DNA of 64,000 bases from Patescibacteria group bacterium (GCA_018897195.1 JAHILH010000004.1:19182-83181), one strand, 5' to 3'. Positions 50,496-61,756 are shown, counted from the stretch's first letter. Numbers and translations: made by a program. Notes: generated from the letters alone by a model not told the origin.

Positions 50496-51179
50496 ATGAA
50501 TAATACTTACATCATCTCACTCGGAGGCTCACTAATTGTACCTGGTTGTGGCATCGATTATACTTTTTTGAAAAAATTCAAAAACCTCATCAATGCCGAA
50601 ATTAAAAAAGGAAAAAAGTTTTATTTAATTGCTGGCGGTGGTCATACGGCTCGACAATATATTGAATCAGCAAATAAAATAACCAAAATCTCTGACGAAG
50701 ACAAGGATTGGCTTGGCATACACTCCACTCGGCTTAACGCTCACTTAATCAGGACTGTCTTTTGGGATACCGCTCATCCGGAAATTATCAAAAATCCAAC
50801 CATCCACCTTCATTCAACAAAAAATATAATCGTCGGTGGTGGCTGGAAACCAGGTTGGTCCACAGATTATGTCGCTACCATGATTGCCCAGGAATATGAA
50901 GTTGGCACCATTATTAATCTTTCTAATATTGAATATGCCTACGATAAGGACCCGAAAAAATTCAAAGACGCAGTAAAAATAGAAACTAGTAACTGGCCCG
51001 ATTTCCGTAAAATTGTTGGCGACAAATGGATTCCTGGCCTTAATATGCCTTTCGACCCCATCGCCTCCAAGAAGGCGCAACAACTTAATTTGAAGGTCAT
51101 TATTGCCGATGGGAAAAATTTAAACAATTTAAAAAGTATTTTAAATAATAAGAAATACAAAGGCACAACTATTGCCTAA
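50496..51179 (+). CDS. pyrH: UMP kinase, archaeal type
   Basis: ISLGGS, GGGHTARQYI, PGWSTDYVA, YDKDPKK, PFDPIA. Confidence 0.92.
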   Translation: MNNTYIISLGGSLIVPGCGIDYTFLKKFKNLINAEIKKGKKFYLIAGGGHTARQYIESANKITKISDEDKDWLGIHSTRLNAHLIRTVFWDTAHPEIIKNPTIHLHSTKNIIVGGGWKPGWSTDYVATMIAQEYEVGTIINLSNIEYAYDKDPKKFKDAVKIETSNWPDFRKIVGDKWIPGLNMPFDPIASKKAQQLNLKVIIADGKNLNNLKSILNNKKYKGTTIA

Positions 51180-51189
51180 ATTTAAATTT

Positions 51190-52716
51190 ATGTCTTCAAA
51201 CATTTTATCCGCGGCCGTTATTGGTCTTGATGCGGAAATTGTTGAGGTTGAAGCGGATAAAGGTGGGGGTGAATTAGGCTCATTTACAGTCGTTGGCCTG
51301 CCAGATGCATCAGTATCAGAATCACGCGAACGTGTCCGCAGTGCTATCAAAAATTCCGGCTTTCATTTTCAAAAAGCGAAGATGACTGTCAATCTGGCGC
51401 CGGCTGATCTCAAAAAGCACGGTCCGAGCTATGACTTGCCGATTGCCATCAGTGTTTTGATTTCTCATGACAGCATTGAAACGCCCGTTGATATTGATAA
51501 GATGCTTTTTATCGGTGAACTCGCTCTTAGTGGTGACCTTAGACCGGTTAACGGCGTTCTCTCCATCGCCTTGAAGGCACAAAAGATTGGCCTTAAAACG
51601 ATTTTTTTACCAGAACAAAACGCTCGCGAAGCAAAGTTGGTTAAAGATATTGAAGTTATTCCCGTTAAAAATCTCAAAGAACTTATTCGCCATTTATCAG
51701 GTAAAGCCAAAATTACACCCGCCCCCGAAACAAGCATCAATTTTTCAAATAACAAAATCATGCATGACATGTCACACATTCGCGGTCAAGAACATGTCAA
51801 AAGAGCGATGGAAATCGCAGCCGCCGGCGCCCATAATATGGCGATGAGTGGCCCACCCGGATCGGGTAAGACTCTAATCGCGCGCACGATGCCTTCTATT
51901 CTTCCCGATCTCACCATGAGCGAAGCTTTAGAAGTAACTAAAATTTATTCCGTCGCGGGCATGCTTTCCGCCAACGATTCATTGGTTACCAGTCGCCCCT
52001 TTCGCTCGCCCCATCATACTGCCTCAGCAGTCGCCCTTGTCGGTGGTGGTGCTTGGCCGCGACCAGGTGAAATTTCCCTCTCGCATCGCGGTGTCCTTTT
52101 TCTTGATGAATTCCCTGAGTTTACTCGCCAATCACTAGAAAATCTACGACAACCTCTTGAGGATGGTATTATCCATATCAGTCGCGCAGCTGGCAATCTT
52201 CAATTTCCGGCAAAATTCATTCTTATCTCCGCGATGAATCCTTGCCCCTGTGGTTTCTCTTCTGACCCGGAAAAAAATTGCTCTTGCTCACCAATGCAAA
52301 TTAGTAATTACAAAAAGAAAATCTCCGGACCGATTATCGACCGTATCGATTTGCACATCGAAGTGCCCAGGGTTGCCTTTGAAAAACTAGCTGGTGAAGC
52401 TAACGGCGAAACGTCGGCTGATATTAAAAGACGCATTGAAAAAGCGCGTGTTATTCAAAAGAAACGTTTTGAAGGTACACATTATATTACCAATTCCGAA
52501 ATGAGCAGTGAAGCCGTCAAAAAATTCTGCCCCCTTGACGACACCTCTACCCATCTCATGAAAAATGCCGTTGACCGCATGCATCTTTCTGCCCGTGCTT
52601 ATTTCCGCATTCTCAAATTGGCGCGCACCATTGCCGACTTAGCTGAGATCGAAACAATCTCCTCTACCCATATTGCTGAAGCCTTACAATATCGACCAAA
52701 GATTGATGAAAATTAA
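51190..52716 (+). CDS. comM: YifB/ComM Mg-chelatase-like AAA+ ATPase
   Basis: VGLPD..VSESRERV, NLAPA, GPPGSGKT, FRSPHH, LFLDE, MNPCPCG, DRID. Confidence 0.93.
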   Translation: MSSNILSAAVIGLDAEIVEVEADKGGGELGSFTVVGLPDASVSESRERVRSAIKNSGFHFQKAKMTVNLAPADLKKHGPSYDLPIAISVLISHDSIETPVDIDKMLFIGELALSGDLRPVNGVLSIALKAQKIGLKTIFLPEQNAREAKLVKDIEVIPVKNLKELIRHLSGKAKITPAPETSINFSNNKIMHDMSHIRGQEHVKRAMEIAAAGAHNMAMSGPPGSGKTLIARTMPSILPDLTMSEALEVTKIYSVAGMLSANDSLVTSRPFRSPHHTASAVALVGGGAWPRPGEISLSHRGVLFLDEFPEFTRQSLENLRQPLEDGIIHISRAAGNLQFPAKFILISAMNPCPCGFSSDPEKNCSCSPMQISNYKKKISGPIIDRIDLHIEVPRVAFEKLAGEANGETSADIKRRIEKARVIQKKRFEGTHYITNSEMSSEAVKKFCPLDDTSTHLMKNAVDRMHLSARAYFRILKLARTIADLAEIETISSTHIAEALQYRPKIDEN

Positions 52717-52787
52717 CAAAAATCCCCATTGCGAAGTGGGGATTTTTTATTTTGAAAATAAAATAAACTGTGTTATAATATTCACAT

Positions 52788-54224
52788 ATGAAAAAAAACT
52801 TTCTCTCACTATTAATCTTATTAATATTACTCCCAGGCTTTGGCTTTGCCTGTACCCCAGCCGCCGTCCAAGAACAAACTCAACCGATTGAGCTAAACTA
52901 TTGGCGCGTCTGGGATGGACCAGATGCTTTTGAGGGCACTATTGCCAAATATAATGCCCTTCATCCTTTTATAAAGATAAACTACAAGAAATTTCGCTAT
53001 GAAGAATTTGAGCAAAAATTATTAGAAGGTTTTGCTACTGACCGCGGACCAGACATCTTCTCGATTCATAATACCTGGCTACGAAAATACCAAAAGAACG
53101 GCTTAATCTTGCCAATGCCGGCAACAATCAGCATGGTTTATCCAATTGAACAAGGCACCATCAAAAAAGAAACAATTCTTACAGTCAAGGAAACCAAAAG
53201 CATTACCCTCAAAGAAATAAAAAATAATTTTGCGGACGTTGTTTATAATGACATAGTTATTAATGTAAATGAAAACAATAAAATTACTTCTCAGGTCTAT
53301 GGCCTGCCTTTGTCAGTAGACACCTTGGTCATGTTTTACAATAAAGATCTTTACAACAATGCTGGCATCACAGCCCCATCTGCATATTGGGACGCTAAAT
53401 TTCAAAGTGACGTCAAAAAATTAAACAAACAAAACGCCAAAGGAGAATTAATCCAATCCGGTGCCGCTCTTGGTGGCAGCAAAAACATTGATCGTTCTAT
53501 GGATATTTTAGCCGCCCTCATGATGCAGAGTGGCGCCGAAATGCTTAATGACTCAGGACAAGTTAAATTCAATCAAAGTCCTGTTAACATGAAACAGACC
53601 AATTATGTTCCCGGCCTAGACGCAATTAGATTTTATACCGATTTTGCTAATCCTGGAAAAGAAATTTACAGCTGGAATAAAGACCTTGATAGCGCTCTCA
53701 ATCTTTTTGCTGATGGCAAGCTAGCCACCATGTTTGGCTACTCCTATCACACGCCACAAATAAAAGCCTTATCACCAAAATTAAACTTCGCCATTGCTAA
53801 ATTACCGCAGATTGAAGGCAATACACCGGTGAATTATGCTAACTATTGGGCTGAGGTTGTTTCCAGTAAGATTCTTACCAATCCAGAAAACCTTAAGAAG
53901 GGCGCCAAATACGCCAAGAATAAAGCCGACGCCGCGTGGGATTTTATCCAATTTGAAACCAAGGAAGAACAAGCCAAGCTCTATTTAGAAAAAACCAAAA
54001 AACCAACTGCCTTAAAATCACTTATCAATTCCCAAACTGAGGATATGGAAATCGGCGTTTCCGCGGAACAAATATTAACCGCTAAAAGCTGGTATAAGGG
54101 CAATGACGCTAACGCCATGGAAACTATTTTTCAAGAAATGATTGAAGAAGGCAATGTGAATCCAGAAAAAATTAAAAACGCCCTTGATATCGGAGCGCAA
54201 AAAGTACAACAAACGATTGAATAA
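52788..54224 (+). CDS. Extracellular solute-binding lipoprotein (sugar ABC type)
   Basis: Signal peptide with GFAC, GPDIF, YGLP...MFYNKDL, F..GKLATM. Confidence 0.85.
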   Translation: MKKNFLSLLILLILLPGFGFACTPAAVQEQTQPIELNYWRVWDGPDAFEGTIAKYNALHPFIKINYKKFRYEEFEQKLLEGFATDRGPDIFSIHNTWLRKYQKNGLILPMPATISMVYPIEQGTIKKETILTVKETKSITLKEIKNNFADVVYNDIVINVNENNKITSQVYGLPLSVDTLVMFYNKDLYNNAGITAPSAYWDAKFQSDVKKLNKQNAKGELIQSGAALGGSKNIDRSMDILAALMMQSGAEMLNDSGQVKFNQSPVNMKQTNYVPGLDAIRFYTDFANPGKEIYSWNKDLDSALNLFADGKLATMFGYSYHTPQIKALSPKLNFAIAKLPQIEGNTPVNYANYWAEVVSSKILTNPENLKKGAKYAKNKADAAWDFIQFETKEEQAKLYLEKTKKPTALKSLINSQTEDMEIGVSAEQILTAKSWYKGNDANAMETIFQEMIEEGNVNPEKIKNALDIGAQKVQQTIE

Positions 54225-54242
54225 TTTTAAATTTACAACCTT

Positions 54243-54770
54243 ATGAAAAAACTTCTAGCGAGCTATTTACTCGTCTCTTCTTTGATTATTATTGGCATAA
54301 TGCTTTTTAATGGTCGGCAAATTTTAGCGGCCGACACAGTCATGACTGACACAACTGGGTTTACTACCGAAGACTGTAAAAGAGGTTGCGGAGACAAAAT
54401 TGACGATCCTAAAGTACAAGCATGTAAACAATACTGTGGCGAATACGGACTCAATGACTTTGTACTTCTTGGTATTAAACTTACAAAAATAATGCTCGGC
54501 CTAGTTGGCACTCTAGCCTTTGGCGCCTTTGTTTATGGCGGGGTAATGTTTCTTATTTCTGCTGGCGACGCCGATAAAGTTAAAAAGGGCAAGCACGCCA
54601 TGACTAGTGCTGTCGTTGGTTTAGTAATCGTCTTTTCTAGTTATTTAATTATTCAATTCACCCTACAAACACTTGGATATTTAAAACCGACAGCAAATTC
54701 AACAGAACCAGTAGATACCAAAAATTTTGGGAATAGTTGGAATGAAGTACCAGCACCACCAAAAAAATAA
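54243..54770 (+). CDS. CPR-type pilin (TrbC/VirB2-like)
   Basis: YGGVMFLISAGDADKVKKGK...AVVGLVIVFSSYLII. Confidence 0.82.
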   Translation: MKKLLASYLLVSSLIIIGIMLFNGRQILAADTVMTDTTGFTTEDCKRGCGDKIDDPKVQACKQYCGEYGLNDFVLLGIKLTKIMLGLVGTLAFGAFVYGGVMFLISAGDADKVKKGKHAMTSAVVGLVIVFSSYLIIQFTLQTLGYLKPTANSTEPVDTKNFGNSWNEVPAPPKK

Positions 54771-54847
54771 ATAACGCAGTATTGTAGTACAATATATTGC
54801 CGTCGACTTTAAAATCACATTCCGCTAAACAACAAATATCAGTATTT

Positions 54848-55522
54848 ATGTCTGAAAATTTTACCCTCAATAAAATAACTCCAACAAACGAGCAAATTGC
54901 CGAAGAGTTAAAAGCTACTCGCCTACACAATGGCATTAATTTAGAAAAAGTTTCTGAAAAACTCAAAATCAACATCAAATATCTCAAAGCCCTTGAAGCT
55001 GGCGAACTAAAAAAACTCCCCGCGGGAATTTATGGTCGTAATTTTCTCAAAGAATACGCTCAATTTCTTCGGCTTGATATTAATCACCTCTTAGAACTTT
55101 TTGACAATGAAATCGGTGAAAAAAATAATCAAAAACCTAAAAATATCTTTATCAAAAAAACCGGCAACGCCTACCACTTCATTACCATTCCAAGAATCAT
55201 CAAAAACTTAATTATTCTTGGCGTTGTCGGCATCATCATTGCCTATCTTGGCTTTTCAGTTAATAATATTATTTCGGCCCCTGAAATGACGATTCTTTAT
55301 CCTGACAAAGACACTATCACTGAAGAGCGCTCAATCACCATCAAGGGAAAATCAGAATCAGAGGCCAAAATTACCATCAATGAGGAAACCGTCCTAATGA
55401 ACGCTGATCTCATTTTTGAAAAAACTATTAATCTTAAACAGGGCTTAAATGATATCGAAATCATCGCTCAAAAAAAATATAGCAAACAAAACATAGTCAC
55501 CCGAAAAATACTCGTAAAATAA
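54848..55522 (+). CDS. RodZ-like HTH membrane protein with Ig-like C-terminus
   Basis: HTH (KYLKALE...LP...YGRNFLKEYA), TM helix, LKQGLN.IEI. Confidence 0.85.
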   Translation: MSENFTLNKITPTNEQIAEELKATRLHNGINLEKVSEKLKINIKYLKALEAGELKKLPAGIYGRNFLKEYAQFLRLDINHLLELFDNEIGEKNNQKPKNIFIKKTGNAYHFITIPRIIKNLIILGVVGIIIAYLGFSVNNIISAPEMTILYPDKDTITEERSITIKGKSESEAKITINEETVLMNADLIFEKTINLKQGLNDIEIIAQKKYSKQNIVTRKILVK

Positions 55523-55619
55523 GGTAAAATTGCTTTATTCCCTGGAAAATTATATAATAACAGACGGAGGGGAAAAAAGACCTCTTTTTATTTACTTAAA
55601 AATATTTAACTTATAATTT

Positions 55620-56672
55620 ATGAAACCTATGTCTACTGACAAAAAAGTAAAAACGACTGATGCGGACGGCAAATTTCAAGCTGCCCAATCAGCTATCGAA
55701 CAAATCCAAACTCGTTTTGGTGACGGTGCTATTATGAAATTCGGCGAAGCGCGTAAAGTAAACGTCGACGCTATTTCTACCGGCTGTCTTTCTCTTGATT
55801 TATCCCTAGGAATCGGTGGTGTGCCCCGCGGTCGCATCATTGAAATCTACGGTCCTGAGTCCTCTGGAAAAACTACCCTAGCCCAGCACATTGTCGCTGA
55901 GGTACAAAAATTAGGTGGCATCGCGGCCTTTATCGACGCCGAGCACGCGCTTGACCCTGACTATGCCGAAAAAATCGGCATCAACATCAAGGAGATGCTT
56001 ATCTCCCAACCTGACACAGGTGAACAAGCTTTAGAGATTGTTGAAACCCTGGTTCGCTCTAACGCCGTCGATGTTATCGTTATTGACTCTGTGGCTGCCC
56101 TGGTTCCACAAAAAGAAATCGAAGGTGACATGGGTGACCAGCACATGGGCTTGCAAGCTCGTTTAATGAGTCAAGCTTTAAGAAAACTAACTGGTGTTGT
56201 TTCTAAAACAAAAACTGTCGTTATCTTCATTAACCAAATCAGAAATAAAATCGGCGTCTTTTTTGGCAGTCCGGAAACCACTTCCGGTGGTAATGCCTTG
56301 AAGTTTTACGCTTCGATTCGTATCGAAGTTCGTAAAGCCGCTCAAATCAAGCAAGGTGAAAAAGTTATCGGCAACCGTGTCAAAGCCAAGGTAGTGAAAA
56401 ACAAAGTCGCTGCCCCTTTCCGTACTTGTGAATTCGACATTATGTACAATGAAGGCATTTCCGTTTCCGGTGATATCCTAGATATCGGCGTCGCCAACGG
56501 TGTGATTGCCAAAAATGGCAACTCTTATTCTTTTGGCGAAATAAAATTCGGCGTCGGCCGTGAAACAGCCAAGCGATTTATTGGCGCTGACAAGAAATTA
56601 CTAGCTGAACTGAGAAAGAAAATTATTGCCACAATCGAGGCCAAGGATTTAGACGAACAAAATAAGAAATAA
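55620..56672 (+). CDS. recA: Recombinase RecA
   Basis: [40 protein letters not shown]. Confidence 0.99.
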   Translation: MKPMSTDKKVKTTDADGKFQAAQSAIEQIQTRFGDGAIMKFGEARKVNVDAISTGCLSLDLSLGIGGVPRGRIIEIYGPESSGKTTLAQHIVAEVQKLGGIAAFIDAEHALDPDYAEKIGINIKEMLISQPDTGEQALEIVETLVRSNAVDVIVIDSVAALVPQKEIEGDMGDQHMGLQARLMSQALRKLTGVVSKTKTVVIFINQIRNKIGVFFGSPETTSGGNALKFYASIRIEVRKAAQIKQGEKVIGNRVKAKVVKNKVAAPFRTCEFDIMYNEGISVSGDILDIGVANGVIAKNGNSYSFGEIKFGVGRETAKRFIGADKKLLAELRKKIIATIEAKDLDEQNKK

Positions 56673-56685
56673 AGAATTATCACAT

Positions 56686-56720
56686 AAAAAAAGACTTCGA
56701 AATTTCGAAGTCTTTTTTTT
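56686..56720. terminator. Bidirectional terminator
   Basis: Palindrome AAAAAAAGACTTCGAAATTTCGAAGTCTTTTTTT between convergent recA and efp. Confidence 0.85.
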
Positions 56721-56735
56721 TATTATCTTGAAGTT

Positions 56736-57293
56736 TTATTCTCTCTCAGAATACTCACCCGTATCAGTATTAATCCGAATCACATCGCCCTCGTTGATAA
56801 ACATCGGCGCATTGATAGTCGCTCCTGTTTCGAGTTCGATTTGCTTAGTCACACTCCCAGCGGAGTTACCTTTTACTCCAGGAGGAGCCATGGTTACTTT
56901 TAGAGAAACCTTGATTGGCAATTCAACGCCAACTGGTTTGCTCGAAAAATAAAACACATCCACATCGATTCCTTCTTTCAAGAATTTAATCTTGTCACCA
57001 ATTTGCTCCAAAGGAATTTCAAATTGTTCAAAACTCGCGTTATCCATGAAAAAAGCGTTGGTCTCATCTTTGTACATGTAGTTAGCTTTTTTCTTTTCCG
57101 TATCCGCCGGCTCAGCCTTGTCATTACCCTGAAAAGTCTTGTCCAACATGTTGCCGGAAATAAGATTTTTCATCTTTACTTTCAAAACAGCACCGCCGCG
57201 ACCAGTTTTATGATGATCTGTTTTGGTAATAGAGTACGGCTCATTATTAATAACAATAATTTTACCTACTTTGATTTCGTTTATGCTTAGCAT
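56736..57293 (-). CDS. efp: Elongation factor P
   Basis: KTGRGGA loop, YMYKD..FFMD..FEQ, PPGVKGNS, LETGA, TGEY. Confidence 0.95.
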   Translation of the reverse strand: MLSINEIKVGKIIVINNEPYSITKTDHHKTGRGGAVLKVKMKNLISGNMLDKTFQGNDKAEPADTEKKKANYMYKDETNAFFMDNASFEQFEIPLEQIGDKIKFLKEGIDVDVFYFSSKPVGVELPIKVSLKVTMAPPGVKGNSAGSVTKQIELETGATINAPMFINEGDVIRINTDTGEYSERE

Positions 57294-57316
57294 ATTTTTT
57301 AATTATTATTAATAAG

Positions 57317-57532
57317 CTATTTCACAAAAGGCAATAAAGCCATGATTCTTGAGCGCTTGATCGCATTCGCCAAATCTCTTTGGTGCTTTGAGCAAGTACC
57401 AGTCTTTTTACGAGGCTGGATTTTTTTATAAATGTTAATAAATTTCTGCAAAGTTCGAGTATCCTTATAGTCAACTTCCGCGATCTTGTTTGCACAAAAA
57501 TAACATTCTTTTCTTGTTGTTGTTTTGTCCAT
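57317..57532 (-). CDS. rpsR: 30S ribosomal protein S18 (zinc-binding form)
   Basis: CYFC...VDYKD...TGTCSKHQR...[11 protein letters not shown]. Confidence 0.97.
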   Translation of the reverse strand: MDKTTTRKECYFCANKIAEVDYKDTRTLQKFINIYKKIQPRKKTGTCSKHQRDLANAIKRSRIMALLPFVK

Positions 57533-57560
57533 ATTATTTATTAGTTTAATTTAATTTAGT

Positions 57561-57992
57561 TTAGAAAGGGATATTCTCCACTTTTATTTCATCTTCAAAG
57601 TTCTCGTCTGGCATTGAGCTTGATGGTGATTGACCTTTTGGCTCAAATGAACCACCGCCTGAACCCTTAGAGTCAAGCATAATCATGTTATCAACAATGA
57701 CTTCTGTTCGATATTTCTTCACGCCGTCTTGTCCAGCCCATTCACGAGTTTGTAATTTGCCTTCAAGATAGACCTTTGATCCTTTTTTTAAATACTGTCC
57801 GATTACTTCCGCCAATTTTCTCCACGCCACTACGTTGTGAAATTCAGTCTTCTCTTGCTTTTGTCCGGATTGATCAACCCAGGTAGTTCCAGTTGCCACT
57901 GAAAAGGAAACAACTGATTGTCCGCTTGGAGTAGTTTTTAATTCAGGATCACGAGTCAAACGACCGATAATCATTACTTTATTTAAATCCAT
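57561..57992 (-). CDS. ssb: Single-stranded DNA-binding protein
   Basis: NKVMIIGRLTRDPE, EGKLQTR, acidic tail ending IPF. Confidence 0.98.
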   Translation of the reverse strand: MDLNKVMIIGRLTRDPELKTTPSGQSVVSFSVATGTTWVDQSGQKQEKTEFHNVVAWRKLAEVIGQYLKKGSKVYLEGKLQTREWAGQDGVKKYRTEVIVDNMIMLDSKGSGGGSFEPKGQSPSSSMPDENFEDEIKVENIPF

Positions 57993-58083
57993 ATTTTTGT
58001 ATTTTTAAACCATCTATTAATATAAACAATTTAAAATGATAATAAATATTTAGTTAAACTCTCTTTTGGTCACTTGATGAAGA

Positions 58084-58620
58084 TTATAGCAAATCATCAG
58101 TTTCCAAAATCTTGTCCAATTTATCGTCCAAGTCTTGTAAGTTGATATCTTTTTTCTTGCTCACTGCCTCTTCTTGAGCAACTGCCTCTGATTTAGCTGG
58201 CGCTGCCACTTCGTCACGTTCCTCTTTGATCACTGCTCTCTTTTCACCAAAAGCATCTTTAAAGATTTTCTCAGCTTTGATCTTCTCGGCTTTAATTTCT
58301 TCAACAGTTTTTTTCTTGATAGACACAATTACATGTCGTAATAATTCACTCGACAATCTCAACTCATTATTAAGACCATTAACGTCTTTTCCGGCCATAT
58401 CAAATTCAACTAAGAAATAATAACCATGACCAAAATGTTGGATTGGATAAGCTAATTTTTTCTTACCCCAATCTTCAGAGTAAGTTACAGTACCGCCGTA
58501 CTTTGCAATGAGCGCGTCTACGTTGCCACAAATAGGCTTGATTTCCTCTTCTGTATATTTATTACTAACAATATACAAAAGCTCATAATGAGGAATCTCA
58601 GATGATTTCACTTTTGACAT
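58084..58620 (-). CDS. rpsF: 30S ribosomal protein S6 with long C-terminal extension
   Basis: YELLYIV, WGKKKLAYPI, GYY, LLRH; rpsF-ssb-rpsR synteny. Confidence 0.95.
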   Translation of the reverse strand: MSKVKSSEIPHYELLYIVSNKYTEEEIKPICGNVDALIAKYGGTVTYSEDWGKKKLAYPIQHFGHGYYFLVEFDMAGKDVNGLNNELRLSSELLRHVIVSIKKKTVEEIKAEKIKAEKIFKDAFGEKRAVIKEERDEVAAPAKSEAVAQEEAVSKKKDINLQDLDDKLDKILETDDLL

Positions 58621-58923
58621 TTTTATATTTACAAATTCTAATGCGGGTCAAATAACCAGAATATAAAATTTGTTTTAATTAAGTTAAATTTAAATTTATA
58701 ATAAAAAATCCCAAAAAGTATTCTTTTCGGGATCTTTGTGAGACCTGTAGAGAGAATACCTTTAATCACGAATTAACCGTGATTATACTACCTAAATTTG
58801 GCAATATGCGGGAAAGGTTTATATTGATTTATAGAAGTAATCTAACACTATTTCCAAAAAAAAGCAAGTCATGCTACAATAAAAAAGTATTTTGTTTTAT
58901 ATTAGCTAATAATAACTAAAATT

Positions 58924-59433
58924 ATGCTTTTCTTGTACATCTTAATCTTTCTAATTTTAATTTCTGTAGCCTATACCACCTATTCTTTAGCTCCCTGGGT
59001 ACCTTCTTTTAAGAAAGATTTTCCCAGAATATGTAATTTGGCTAATTTTAAAGAAAATGATAAATTCTACGATTTAGGTTGCGGCAATGGTAGTTTAGTG
59101 CTTTACGCTGGCAAGTATTACCCAATTAAAGCGATTGGCCTAGAGTTATCGATTCCCCTATATTTATTTTGCAAAATAAAACAAATAGCTGCCAAAAATG
59201 CCACTTTTAAGTTTCAGAATATTCTCTACGCCAATTTTAGTGACGCCGATGTCGTTTACCTTTTTCCCCTTTGGAAGAACACAATTAAAAAGCTAAAAAC
59301 TAAAATGGAAACAGAACTAAAACGAGGTACTCGCGTAATCACCTACACCTTTCCAATAGAAGGCTGGATTCCGGAAAAGATTGATAAGCCAACAGATAAG
59401 GATTTAAGTGTTTATCTATATATTATAGAGTAA
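58924..59433 (+). CDS. Membrane-anchored class I SAM methyltransferase
   Basis: TM helix, APWVPS, YDLGCGNG, ADVVYLF, ELKRGTRVITYTF. Confidence 0.85.
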   Translation: MLFLYILIFLILISVAYTTYSLAPWVPSFKKDFPRICNLANFKENDKFYDLGCGNGSLVLYAGKYYPIKAIGLELSIPLYLFCKIKQIAAKNATFKFQNILYANFSDADVVYLFPLWKNTIKKLKTKMETELKRGTRVITYTFPIEGWIPEKIDKPTDKDLSVYLYIIE

Positions 59434-59532
59434 CAGTTTGACAAATCGTTCAATACCTGCGAGCATATAGAAATTAAATAGCTCTTTCTAATTAAATAAA
59501 TTTCAACATACAACCAGCTTGGAGGAAGTGCA

Positions 59533-60492
59533 ATGAGTAGATTTGGCGCATTAAAGATTTTTTCCGGAACTGCTAATCCAAAATTAGCAACAGATATTTG
59601 TAGACATCTTAATATAGATCTTTCTCCAATATCCATAAATTTTTTTTCTGACGGTGAGCTTGATATTGAAATTGGCGAATGCGCTGACGGCAGAGGTGTA
59701 AGAGGTGATGACATATTCTTTATTCAACCAACATGCGGTCCAGTGAACGACAACCTGGTGGAATTAGTCTTGGCAATTGATGCATTTAAACGTGCATCTG
59801 CCGGGAGAATTACAGCTGTTATTCCTTATTATGGATATGCGCGTCAGGATAGAAAAGTACGAGCCGGTGTACCAATTAGCTCCAAGGCTATAGCGATAAT
59901 GATTATGGGCGCAGGAGCAAACCGAGTTATTTTCATGGATTTGCATGCCCCACAAATTGGGGCCTTTTTTGAAATTCCCGTTGATCATCTTTATGCCTCA
60001 CCTATTATCATCGATTATCTTCGTGCGAATCTTAAAGACTTCATTATGGTGTCACCAGACGCTGGAGGAGTAGAAAGAACCCGCGCCTACGCTAAACGAC
60101 TTAACGCCGACCTTGCCATTATTGACAAACGACGTGAAAGAGCCAACGTTGCCGAAGCAATGAATGTCATCGGTGATGTTCGTGGTAAAAGAGCCGTCCT
60201 CGTTGACGACATGGTGGACACTGCAGGAACTCTGTGTGAGGCCGCCGCAATTCTTATCAAAAATGGCGCCACAGAAATTTACGCAGCTTGCGGACATGGC
60301 GTTTTGTCAGGCCCGGCAATAAAGAGAATCAATGATTCTCAGATTAAACAGTTGATAGTTGTTGACACAATTTCACAAGAGGAAAATGTTAAAAAATGCA
60401 ACAAGATTAAGGTGTTATCAATAGCACCAATACTTGCTAAAACAATTACTGAGGTACATAAAGAAGGGACTGTTAAGGCTCTTTTTAAATGA
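59533..60492 (+). CDS. prs: Ribose-phosphate pyrophosphokinase
   Basis: FSDGE, YYGYARQDR, DLHA, SPDAGG, VDDMVDTAGT. Confidence 0.97.
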   Translation: MSRFGALKIFSGTANPKLATDICRHLNIDLSPISINFFSDGELDIEIGECADGRGVRGDDIFFIQPTCGPVNDNLVELVLAIDAFKRASAGRITAVIPYYGYARQDRKVRAGVPISSKAIAIMIMGAGANRVIFMDLHAPQIGAFFEIPVDHLYASPIIIDYLRANLKDFIMVSPDAGGVERTRAYAKRLNADLAIIDKRRERANVAEAMNVIGDVRGKRAVLVDDMVDTAGTLCEAAAILIKNGATEIYAACGHGVLSGPAIKRINDSQIKQLIVVDTISQEENVKKCNKIKVLSIAPILAKTITEVHKEGTVKALFK

Positions 60493-60577
60493 CAAAAACT
60501 CCAAAAGCGTTCCAAATAATCGGAACGCTTTTTTCTTTACAATTTGCAATTTTTTAAATAATCATTATAATAAGCAT

Positions 60578-61756
60578 ATGAAATATTTCTTCGCCCTGGG
60601 CAACAATCCAACTCTTTCCGTCGCTGAACTCAGCGCTGTTTTGCATTTCAAAAATATGATTTTGAGTAAGAATATTTTAATAGCGGACACGGACGAAATT
60701 AACGCATCTGAGCTAATCAAGCGATTCGGTGGCACGATTAAGATTGGTGAAGTAATTGAAGAAAATACCGATCGTAATAAATTACTTGAAAGTATTTTGA
60801 AAATCATTACTCCCGCCACCGAAGGTAAATACAAATTCGGCTTGTCTTATTATGGCGATAAGAAATTCAACGACAAACCGATTGGCATGGAAATCAAAAA
60901 ATTTCTCAAAGAACAAGGCATCAGCTGTCGTTGGGTTATTAGCAAAGAAAAAGTTTTATCAAGCGTCGTGGTAGAGCAAAATAAATTAACCGGCAAGGGT
61001 GATGAGATTGTCTTAATTGAAAATGGCAAAAATATTTTTATCGGCAAAACTTTGGCCGTGCAACCATTCAAGGAGTTATCATTCCGCGACTACGGCCGTC
61101 CAGGGCGCGATGACGAGTCTGGCATGTTGCCACCAAAGCTGGCGCAGATCATGATTAACCTCACTAAGACTCGCGACTCGATTAAAGATATTACCTTGCT
61201 CGATCCATTTTGTGGCTCTGGCACTGTTCTCACTGAATCAATTTTAGTTGGCTACCAAAACTTAATCGGCTCTGATTTATCCGCCAAGGCAGTTAATGAC
61301 ACCAAAACCAATATTGAATGGATTAAAGATACTTACCGCTTCACTATTCCGCCCTACGAATTAATCAACGAATCAGCGACGACAATTTCAAAAAAAATTA
61401 AATCTAATTCAATTGATGCGATTGTGACTGAACCCTTCCTTGGTCCGCAACGTGGGCATTTAGATATTCGTAAGGTAACGCAAGACCTAGAATTACTTTA
61501 TAACCAAGCCCTTCAAGAATTTAAAAAAATATTAAAGAAAGATGGCGTGATCGTTATGCTTTGGCCAGTCTTCATGACCGGACGCCAACCGCAGCCGATT
61601 AATCCCGATATTTCTGACTTCAAAATTATCAACCCAATCCCTGGCATTTTAATGAATAATCAAGTTATAAATCTAACTGACCGCGACACGATTATCTACG
61701 GCCGCGAAGGCCAACGCGTCTGGCGCGAAATTGTTGTTCTGAAAATTGCTAAATAA
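60578..61756 (+). CDS. Trm11-like RNA methyltransferase
   Basis: GMLPPKLAQIMINL, LDPFCGSGT, GSD, IVTEPFLG; start at MKYFF. Confidence 0.8.
   Translation: MKYFFALGNNPTLSVAELSAVLHFKNMILSKNILIADTDEINASELIKRFGGTIKIGEVIEENTDRNKLLESILKIITPATEGKYKFGLSYYGDKKFNDKPIGMEIKKFLKEQGISCRWVISKEKVLSSVVVEQNKLTGKGDEIVLIENGKNIFIGKTLAVQPFKELSFRDYGRPGRDDESGMLPPKLAQIMINLTKTRDSIKDITLLDPFCGSGTVLTESILVGYQNLIGSDLSAKAVNDTKTNIEWIKDTYRFTIPPYELINESATTISKKIKSNSIDAIVTEPFLGPQRGHLDIRKVTQDLELLYNQALQEFKKILKKDGVIVMLWPVFMTGRQPQPINPDISDFKIINPIPGILMNNQVINLTDRDTIIYGREGQRVWREIVVLKIAK

Noticed and set aside
58621..58860. Possible ribosomal-protein leader RNAs upstream of rpsF (and rpsA, 11120-11300)
   Set aside because: Some hairpin potential, but I could not match a known consensus by eye; this needs an Rfam scan.
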